Translations under genes and position numbers: made by a program
Shown: positions 57,017 to 64,000 of the stretch, in pieces
How the letters are laid out: the number at the start of each line of letters is the position of its first letter
Position numbering within the stretch: the first letter of the stretch is position 1
The notes under the pieces: generated by a model
The model's input: only the letters and a program-made list of their open reading frames with translations
Told to the model about the DNA's origin: nothing
Database searches by the model: none
IMG/VR virus record: IMGVR_UViG_3300028840_008160
Span: 1 to 64,000 of that record
Length of the DNA stretch: 64,000 bases
Reading direction: 5' to 3' (one strand)

Positions 57017-58075
57017 ATGGCTAGAAGTCGCGATTATTATGCCGTACTAGGTGTGTCTAGAGATGCTACGGAAGATCAAATAAAAAAGGCTTATCGAAAA
57101 TTAGCGATTAGATATCATCCAGATAAATGTAAAGATGATAAATCAGCTGAAGAAAAGTTTCGAGAAGTCAGTGAGGCTTATACTGTTTTAGTTGACACAA
57201 AGAAAAGAGCTATGTATGACGGGCATGGTCAAAGGATTAATATAGATTTGAGTGATTTATTTAGACAAGGCTCATTTAGTAATGTGTTTACGTCTACTGA
57301 TGGAAATGCATTTTTTAGAAACACAGTAAAAACTAATTCAAGAGGAGATCGCGGTCAAGATATTCGAATAACAATGGAAATAACATTGGAAGATGTTTTA
57401 AGAGGTACAAAGAAAACTATAAAATATAAACGATATGAAAAGTGCGCAGATTGTAATGGAAGAGGCACTTCTAGTGGTGAAAGAATAACTTGTGAAAAAT
57501 GTAAAGGGACTGGTAAAACGACTACTAGCGGTAATTTTGGAGGGTTTAGGTTTGATAGTACAAGTGTATGCGACGATTGTCATGGTCAAGGTAAATCTAT
57601 AAAATTTGATTGTCAAACATGTAATGGAACAGGTCGTGTACTTAAAGATTCTATTATTCCTGTAACAATTAATCGGGGAGTTCAAGAGCACACATCAATT
57701 ACAATGAAATACTACGGTCATCAAGGTGAAAGAAATGGTGTTGCTGGTAATTTGCAAATTAAATTTAGATTAATACCTCATAAATTATTTAAACGTTATA
57801 TTAACGATGTCGTTTATGACGCACATATATCATTAACAACAGCAGTTTTTGGCGGGACAATTTCTGTTCAAACACTGCACGGAAATGATGTCGACATTGA
57901 CATACCAAAAGGATCAAACACAGGTGACAAAAAAGTTTTGGTGGGTCATGGACTACCAGATTTTACATCTGGCAAACCAGGAAATCAGATTGTGAATTTT
58001 ATAATTGATCTGCCAAAGACATTAACTGATGAACAAACTAAATTGTTGAATTTATTGAAAGCAGAGGGATTATGA
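57017..58075 (+). CDS. dnaJ: Type I DnaJ chaperone
   Basis: DYYAVLGV, HPD, four CxxCxGxG repeats, C-terminal substrate-binding domain. Confidence 0.92.
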   Translation: MARSRDYYAVLGVSRDATEDQIKKAYRKLAIRYHPDKCKDDKSAEEKFREVSEAYTVLVDTKKRAMYDGHGQRINIDLSDLFRQGSFSNVFTSTDGNAFFRNTVKTNSRGDRGQDIRITMEITLEDVLRGTKKTIKYKRYEKCADCNGRGTSSGERITCEKCKGTGKTTTSGNFGGFRFDSTSVCDDCHGQGKSIKFDCQTCNGTGRVLKDSIIPVTINRGVQEHTSITMKYYGHQGERNGVAGNLQIKFRLIPHKLFKRYINDVVYDAHISLTTAVFGGTISVQTLHGNDVDIDIPKGSNTGDKKVLVGHGLPDFTSGKPGNQIVNFIIDLPKTLTDEQTKLLNLLKAEGL

Positions 58076-58251
58076 ACACAAATGCTAATAGGGATGAAGT
58101 AGCATATCAATTGACAATGTTACAGCGAAAAAAAGATGCTAAAACTAGGATGAAACAAACAGCTAAACTAATGAATGGTGAATTTAGAACAGCTGTAGCT
58201 GATGAAATAGTTGGTGTCTCTAAAAAATTGAAAAAAAATGCTAAATCATAA
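58072..58251 (+). CDS. Small hypothetical protein (59 aa, below the ORF-track cutoff)
   Basis: ATGA overlap with the dnaJ stop; MNTNANRDEVAYQLTML...KKNAKS. Confidence 0.4.
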   Translation: MNTNANRDEVAYQLTMLQRKKDAKTRMKQTAKLMNGEFRTAVADEIVGVSKKLKKNAKS

Positions 58252-58978
58252 TCGAACGTTTTGTATCATTGGTTCATTTATAGGCGCATGTTTGGCAAAT
58301 TGGTTTGCTGATCATTATACGGGCGATCGCATTGTGTTTATTTCTGAAAAAAATGCAGATGAATATGATTTGAATGATGCTATTGTAATTGAAACAATTG
58401 GATACAATGTTGAAACGACCGTGTATAGATTATTCGAGAAATACAAGTTTGATATTGTTGTTAACTTTGTAGTATCTAAAGACATTGCTGATTTTTGTTG
58501 TTGTCACAATGTCTGTTTTGTTCAAGTATTAAGTTTGCTTGATGAATGCGAATATGAATGTCAAAAGATGATTAGACATTCTATTTGTTATGGCATTAAT
58601 CAAGATTCGACAAATTTCATATATACAGCGATCAATAATGCCATAAAAGAAGATTATATACATACGCCGTGCAACGATGAAAGTGTTGATTGGATACATG
58701 TTAATGATTGTTGTAATGCTATTGATAAAGTAATGACTTTTGGGCGTGGATATTATGAAGCTTGTAGTGGTTTTGAAATAAATAAAAGAGAGATTGCTAG
58801 ATTAGTTTTGAAAGAATTTGAATTGCCGTTATCATTTGTCGAGTACATTGACGATAATTCTGAATCAATAATTCGCCAATTGAATAATAATAGGTTAGTT
58901 TCGTTAGGTTGGTCACCTAATGTTGAATTTGAACAAACTTTAAAGTCAATGATTAGATGGCATAGAATGCGAGGTTGA
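58238..58978 (+). CDS. Degenerate NAD-dependent epimerase/dehydratase (RmlB-like)
   Basis: C-terminal YGINQD, DWIHVNDCC, LGWSPNVEFEQTLKSMIRW match RmlB; GxxGxxG is incomplete and no YxxxK is visible. Confidence 0.6.
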   Translation: MLNHNRTFCIIGSFIGACLANWFADHYTGDRIVFISEKNADEYDLNDAIVIETIGYNVETTVYRLFEKYKFDIVVNFVVSKDIADFCCCHNVCFVQVLSLLDECEYECQKMIRHSICYGINQDSTNFIYTAINNAIKEDYIHTPCNDESVDWIHVNDCCNAIDKVMTFGRGYYEACSGFEINKREIARLVLKEFELPLSFVEYIDDNSESIIRQLNNNRLVSLGWSPNVEFEQTLKSMIRWHRMRG

Positions 58979-59412
58979 TGGTGAAATTCATCAATGATGT
59001 TAGTATACATGAATATGAAGTGACAATAGATGAACTGGGCACGCTAGCTAATGTCTGTAATGATTCATTTAAGCCAGTAAATGTACTAACTAATAGAACA
59101 AATACGATTAGAGGCTATTATTGTTGTGATGATAAAGTAATGATAGCATGTGTTAATGGCACAATTAAGTTGGTATTGTTTGATTTAAATCAGAAATCGT
59201 CAACTGAGCATGATATAAATGAATTTTTTATGGGTGAGGCTAAACCATTATTAATAACTATACCAAAGAATGTAGCATTTTCTTGGCAATGCATAAGCAG
59301 TATTGATTCAATTGTGGTCACGACGATGAAAAATTATAATTGCGTGATTAATCCGTATAGTGAAGATAAGCAGATCGAACAATTAGGTTTTGCAATTCCA
59401 TATACATTCTAA
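58975..59412 (+). CDS. Degenerate dTDP-4-dehydrorhamnose 3,5-epimerase-like cupin (RmlC-like)
   Basis: DELG, IRGYY (cf. RGLH), GTIKLVLFD, ITIPKNVAFSW (cf. IPPGVAHGF). Confidence 0.55.
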   Translation: MMVKFINDVSIHEYEVTIDELGTLANVCNDSFKPVNVLTNRTNTIRGYYCCDDKVMIACVNGTIKLVLFDLNQKSSTEHDINEFFMGEAKPLLITIPKNVAFSWQCISSIDSIVVTTMKNYNCVINPYSEDKQIEQLGFAIPYTF

Positions 59413-59460
59413 TATTTTGATTTTGCAGTAATTCTGAATCAGACTTGATAGGAGATTGCA

Positions 59461-59814
59461 ATGGATATAATTACGCGAGGAATGATAAGAGAATTAAAAG
59501 TCGTATTTAAAACTATTGACACTGGAGTTGTATTTGATCCGACAGATCCAACGGTTCAGATTGTTCATTATAGTGGTACGACTGAAGAAGAAGATTTAGC
59601 AGAAACGACAATGACAAAAATTCACGACGGTCATTATTTGTATAATTGGACTGTGCCTGACACATTTCCAGAAAATACAGTTGTTTTTGTGTATTATCGC
59701 GGAACAGACGGAAGCAGCAATAGAGTGCTGCTGGAAGAAAAATTAAGAGTTGCGCCTGTTGGTTTTTATACTGCACCTTCTTCTGGTATGGTGATCAAAT
59801 TCACAAAAGACTAA
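59461..59814 (+). CDS. Putative virion protein (Ig-like)
   Basis: DPTDPTV...GHYLYNWTVP pattern; RBS aggag. Confidence 0.55.
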   Translation: MDIITRGMIRELKVVFKTIDTGVVFDPTDPTVQIVHYSGTTEEEDLAETTMTKIHDGHYLYNWTVPDTFPENTVVFVYYRGTDGSSNRVLLEEKLRVAPVGFYTAPSSGMVIKFTKD

Positions 59815-59839
59815 CGTATCATACTGTTGACAACATTGT

Positions 59840-59871
59840 AAAAGGGGATACGTCGTATCTCCTTTTTTTTT
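59840..59871 (+). terminator. Intrinsic terminator
   Basis: aaaaggggatac / gtatctcctttt followed by a long T-run. Confidence 0.75.
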
Positions 59872-59930
59872 GAAATATCTTTTTATTTTTAGAGTATTTA
59901 TAGGTTGTCTCTGTATAAGGACATGTAACT

Positions 59931-60332
59931 ATGATTTACTTGGGAAAGTTATTGAAAAAAGATGACATAACAATTGCTTTTTATGCAGATGATATTGACT
60001 CTGCAGGTATAGCAATTGATCCTTTTCTTGTGACTTACACAATTTTTGATTGTACTCATGGTAAGTCAGAAGTTATAAGACAAACAATTAATAGTGTGCC
60101 AATGCGATATGATACTGGTAAATATTTTGTGCCATTAAAGATTGATCCTCAAGTATTTCGTGTCGGCAGACATAAGATAGAATGGGTTTACAAACGATTT
60201 GAAGACTATCCATTGCAGACTTCATTAGGTGAATTTGATATTGTTAGAGATGCATCATACTCTGGAGAATTTTGTAGATCTGTATATGCTCAATTGTCAG
60301 TTAATATTTGTCCAGATAAGGTAATGAGATAA
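59931..60332 (+). CDS. Putative virion protein (Ig-like, probably related to 59461)
   Basis: IDPFLVTYTIFD...TGKYF...GRHKIEW. Confidence 0.55.
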   Translation: MIYLGKLLKKDDITIAFYADDIDSAGIAIDPFLVTYTIFDCTHGKSEVIRQTINSVPMRYDTGKYFVPLKIDPQVFRVGRHKIEWVYKRFEDYPLQTSLGEFDIVRDASYSGEFCRSVYAQLSVNICPDKVMR

Positions 60333-60363
60333 ACTAATTGCGTAACTTTAAAGGAGGGCTATC

Positions 60364-60738
60364 ATGGCCGTAACTCATGACACAGCGACAAAAAACTTAA
60401 TCGCGGACGCTGTTTGCGGGGCTAATCTTGATGGTGGTGCAACGTTAGTGTTACTTACTGCTGCAGATCTTGATGTCGCAACAATTACACTTAATTCTGA
60501 TGCATTTGCTGCTGCTGTAGGTGGTGACGCTGATGCTAATGGTTTCCCAAAAGAAGACACTGTTGACAATGCTGGTACTATTTCAAAATTTGAGATACGA
60601 GATTCAGGGTCAACAGCTAGAGTATTTGGCACAGTCACTGCTTCTGGTGGCGGTGGTGACATTGAATTATCTAGTTTGACATATGTTGTTGGCGAAATCA
60701 TTCGTATTAATTCTTTGACTTATAGAGTACCTAACTAA
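60364..60738 (+). CDS. Putative virion structural protein
   Basis: RBS aaggagg; A/G/T/D-rich; GTVTASGGGGDIEL. Confidence 0.6.
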   Translation: MAVTHDTATKNLIADAVCGANLDGGATLVLLTAADLDVATITLNSDAFAAAVGGDADANGFPKEDTVDNAGTISKFEIRDSGSTARVFGTVTASGGGGDIELSSLTYVVGEIIRINSLTYRVPN

Positions 60739-60753
60739 TGTAGGAGTATGTAG

Positions 60754-62985
60754 ATGGCTGATACAAAACGTTCGTTGTCTGCGTTGCAGACGCTGTTTGC
60801 AGATAATTTGGTAGGAAATATAAGTGCGCAAGATTTACGGGATTTTCTTGTGTCTATATATGGTAGCGCTTATTCTGTAACTGTTGGGTCGTCTACATAC
60901 TCTGTTCTAGATGATGATGTAATGATTGAGTTGAATGCAGCATCAAATAATATTGATGTAACGTTGCCGACTGGAGTCGGTTATAATGATAGAATGTTGT
61001 TGTTTAAGAGAACTGATGCAACAGCAAACACTGTAACTATTACTAGAGGTGGAACTGACACTATTGAAGGCAATACATCAATAACTTTAAATTATCAATA
61101 TGCTGGTTTAATTCTCTTTAAAAAAGGAACTGTCTGGTTAAAAACTGCTATAGATGGTGCTGTTTTTGACAAAGTAGTTGATACATTAGATAACATTAAT
61201 AATGGTTCTAGCTATGGAAAAGTTTTATTGACAGAATTGTCTAGTGGACAAGTGCAGCGTGTTAGAGCTGTCACTAATGCACAAAACGTTACTGGTGATC
61301 AAATATATGAACAATTCACAAAACAAGATGCTATATATACTGATTTAGAAGAGCCGACAGGGTTTGTTAGTAGAGCTGAAACAACAATTAGTTTTGTCGA
61401 TGGTAGTAGAACATTTACGATAGCGCCAACTGGAGCAAATTTTTCATATTACATTAAAGGTACGAAATATACTAAGACTTTATCGGAACAGATTGTTATA
61501 GGCACTGCTACTGGTTTGCATTATCTTTATTATAATGCAGCAGCATTATCGGAAGCTACAGTGTGGACTGACGATTTCTTTTCAGATTATGCTCTAGTTG
61601 CAATTATATATTGGACAGGCACTCAAGCTATTGTTGTTGGTGACGAGCGTCATGGCGCAGTGATGCCATGGTCTACACATAAATATTTGCATACGACTGT
61701 AGGAACAGTATGGCAAACTGGCTTGGATATTGGTGGTTATGTATTAAGTACTGACAGTGATGCTGCTATAACATTTGGTTTTACAAATGGCATTGTAAGT
61801 GATGAAGACATTAATATTTCTATAGTAAATGGTACACCAGGTAATAATTTTGAAATGGATCTAGTTGATCCAGCTCAATTACCGGTAATGTATAAAACAG
61901 GTAATGTAGTTTGGACTGAAGATACACCGACAGATTATGCGTATAAAGCAGCAGGCACGGGTAGATTAGCATTGAATGTTTTTACTGGTGGTGCATGGCA
62001 ACAGCTAGAAATAACAAACAACAACTACATGGCATATTGGGTTGTAGCTACAAACGATATACAATATCCATTAAAATCAATTCAGGGCTCTGTGCAGTAT
62101 GCAAATCAAAATGATGCAATCAGTGGCGCAGGGACAGAATTAATTAATTTTGGTGATTTGCCGGCTAAAGAAATTAAAATATTATATAGGATAGTGTTAC
62201 GTAGCAGTAATTCGTATACTGATGCTAGAAAATGCATTATAGTTGCAGTACAAGATTTTAGAAAATCATCATTTTCAACTAGTGCTTCACCATCTATAGT
62301 GTCGCACGCTTTATTGCAAAATTTGGATTATGCAACAGCTGGTCATACAGGATTTGGAAGATTAGCATATACTACTACAACTAATCCAACAGTGAATAAT
62401 GATGGAGTTGATACAGCTGGAATTGGTAGGCAATTTAGAGTCGGTGATTATTGGATTAACACAACAGCAGGTACATGGTGGGTTTGCGTCAATAATACGA
62501 CCGGTGCTGCTGTATGGGTATTTGGAAAAGCTAGTCAAGTAACTACTGATGTGACAAATTTTAATCAAGTTCTTACTAGTGCAGACGACACAACGCAAAA
62601 AGCATTAGATAAATTAGATGATTATTCGTATGATGAATATTATGAAGACGAAACATTGTTTTCTACTACTAGTGGCACATATGTAGAAGCAGCCACTTTC
62701 ACTACTTCATCATTGCAGGCTGGAAATTATTTAATTACTTGTTTGATGGAGGGTGGGCCTGCACAAAAGGATAAAATTGGATTTTTTAGGTTTCAAGTAG
62801 ACAATACAACAAATATTATTGAGACAACAACAGGTAGAACAGCAGATGCACCTTTATATATGGTGTGGACTGCTTTTAGAAGATTGGCGCTAGGCGCAGG
62901 CACTCACACAATAGATTTGGATGTGTATACTGACAACACTTTCAACGTCAGAAGCATGAGAGTTCATATTAAACGCGTGAAATAA
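60754..62985 (+). CDS. Tail-fibre-like/virion protein
   Basis: T/G-rich beta modules: ISAQDLRD, VTLP...KRTDATANTVTI, PTVNND...GDYWIN...GAAVW, LGAGTHTIDL. Confidence 0.6.
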   Translation: MADTKRSLSALQTLFADNLVGNISAQDLRDFLVSIYGSAYSVTVGSSTYSVLDDDVMIELNAASNNIDVTLPTGVGYNDRMLLFKRTDATANTVTITRGGTDTIEGNTSITLNYQYAGLILFKKGTVWLKTAIDGAVFDKVVDTLDNINNGSSYGKVLLTELSSGQVQRVRAVTNAQNVTGDQIYEQFTKQDAIYTDLEEPTGFVSRAETTISFVDGSRTFTIAPTGANFSYYIKGTKYTKTLSEQIVIGTATGLHYLYYNAAALSEATVWTDDFFSDYALVAIIYWTGTQAIVVGDERHGAVMPWSTHKYLHTTVGTVWQTGLDIGGYVLSTDSDAAITFGFTNGIVSDEDINISIVNGTPGNNFEMDLVDPAQLPVMYKTGNVVWTEDTPTDYAYKAAGTGRLALNVFTGGAWQQLEITNNNYMAYWVVATNDIQYPLKSIQGSVQYANQNDAISGAGTELINFGDLPAKEIKILYRIVLRSSNSYTDARKCIIVAVQDFRKSSFSTSASPSIVSHALLQNLDYATAGHTGFGRLAYTTTTNPTVNNDGVDTAGIGRQFRVGDYWINTTAGTWWVCVNNTTGAAVWVFGKASQVTTDVTNFNQVLTSADDTTQKALDKLDDYSYDEYYEDETLFSTTSGTYVEAATFTTSSLQAGNYLITCLMEGGPAQKDKIGFFRFQVDNTTNIIETTTGRTADAPLYMVWTAFRRLALGAGTHTIDLDVYTDNTFNVRSMRVHIKRVK

Positions 62986-63001
62986 GAGAAAAGAGTTTAA
63001 G

Positions 63002-63469
63002 ATGGCAGAATATCAGTTTACTAAAAGTGCTGTTAATTTGGAAAAGTTAGAGGCTGAAATAAAAACTAGCCCTAATATAAGCCAGGCTGCCAGTTATAGT
63101 CTTTATAAGGCACCTGACGTGCTGAAAATTACATTTACGATTGATTTAACTGCAGAAGAACAGACAGCACTGCAAGCTTTAGTTTCTGATCATTCTGTTT
63201 CAGATGTTGGAGAAGCAAAATTTTTGGTTAAAGAATATGATGCGTCTGGCAGACGTATTATTCGTGAAACTTGGTATAACACAGATAATGGTGATGGCAC
63301 TTATTCAGGAAAAGTGACTGAAAACGCATATATTTATAATAACGGTAAACTTGAAAAACGAAAAGAAAAGCGATTTTGGTTGGATGGAACAGAAGATATT
63401 GATAAAGAATGGGATTATTTTGTCGATGGTAATGAAAAAGTTATAGAGAAATTAGTTGAAGGAGTATAA
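63002..63469 (+). CDS. Hypothetical virion-associated protein
   Basis: In-operon ORF; LTAEEQTALQALVSDH. Confidence 0.55.
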   Translation: MAEYQFTKSAVNLEKLEAEIKTSPNISQAASYSLYKAPDVLKITFTIDLTAEEQTALQALVSDHSVSDVGEAKFLVKEYDASGRRIIRETWYNTDNGDGTYSGKVTENAYIYNNGKLEKRKEKRFWLDGTEDIDKEWDYFVDGNEKVIEKLVEGV

Positions 63470-63471
63470 CA

Positions 63472-64000
63472 ATGGAGCAAAAGGGCTTGATTTTACCACA
63501 AATAAATGCAAATGGACAATACGTTGTTCAGGTTAGAGAAGAAAATGTCGAAACTGGTGGGCATTATCAAGCGCAAAGTTTCGAATTGGCTATTCCTGCA
63601 GAAACAGGTTGGCAATCATTAGAATTTTCCTATCCGATACCAATTGGATTGTTAGCTGCAAGAGCTCATGTAACTGACGAAATGCATGGAGATGTCATTG
63701 AATGTGTTGTAGCACCAGATACAGTTATAGGTGCGATTACAGCAGACGTAAGTGTCGACGACACCGTAATTAGTGTGCAACAGTCAGTAATAGATAATAC
63801 TGAAATTGGATTTTTTGTAACACTAGATGATACTACGAATAAAAATGAATTAAAACGTATTGTTTCAATTGATTCAGAAAATTTGCAAATTACTGTAGAA
63901 GATGCTGCGACGCAAGCATTTGCAGCTGCCACGCCGACATATGTAAAGCAAGGTGTTTATTATGTACCTGTATTGACTTTGGTTAAAGGTCACAATCTAG
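63472..64000 (+). CDS. Putative virion protein (3'-truncated by the window)
   Basis: RBS aaggag; frame MEQKGLILPQ... stays open to base 64000. Confidence 0.6.
   Translation, partial: MEQKGLILPQINANGQYVVQVREENVETGGHYQAQSFELAIPAETGWQSLEFSYPIPIGLLAARAHVTDEMHGDVIECVVAPDTVIGAITADVSVDDTVISVQQSVIDNTEIGFFVTLDDTTNKNELKRIVSIDSENLQITVEDAATQAFAAATPTYVKQGVYYVPVLTLVKGHNL

Overview
This AT-rich window is a segment of a large tailed-phage (jumbo/huge-phage-like) genome, read in standard code 11 and mostly on the + strand. It has a complete head module: large terminase 42415-44343, portal 45099-47720, putative prohead protease 48212-49945, acidic scaffold 50173-51963 and major capsid protein 52601-53473. It also has virion/fibre genes (a four-gene NHL beta-propeller paralog array and a tail-fibre-like gene), a gyrB-gyrA(intein)-topA operon, a sigma factor, a STAS protein and DnaJ. 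The 2-20 kb accessory region is unusually rich. It holds a deamidating NAD+ salvage set (PncA-like nicotinamidase, PncB, NadE) interleaved with a PP2C-kinase-vWA (TerY-P-like) triad and an RRM protein, plus a macrodomain, Nudix, HPr, patatin and an apparently inactive RelA/SpoT-type HD domain. The best candidates for new biology are four. (1) A phage NAD+ reconstitution route that differs from NARP1/NARP2 and is physically coupled to a phospho-switch. (2) A shared N-terminal K-x-A/S plus W-x2-L-(S/T)-x3-Q-x2-YL-x2-H tag on three unrelated proteins, including the sigma factor, suggesting head-packaged cargo. (3) An HNH intein inserted in the GyrA quinolone-resistance helix. (4) A CG-alternating island at about 1.3-1.45 kb. 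All calls come from motif recognition by eye; no database searches were run. I saw no tRNA, rRNA or CRISPR array.
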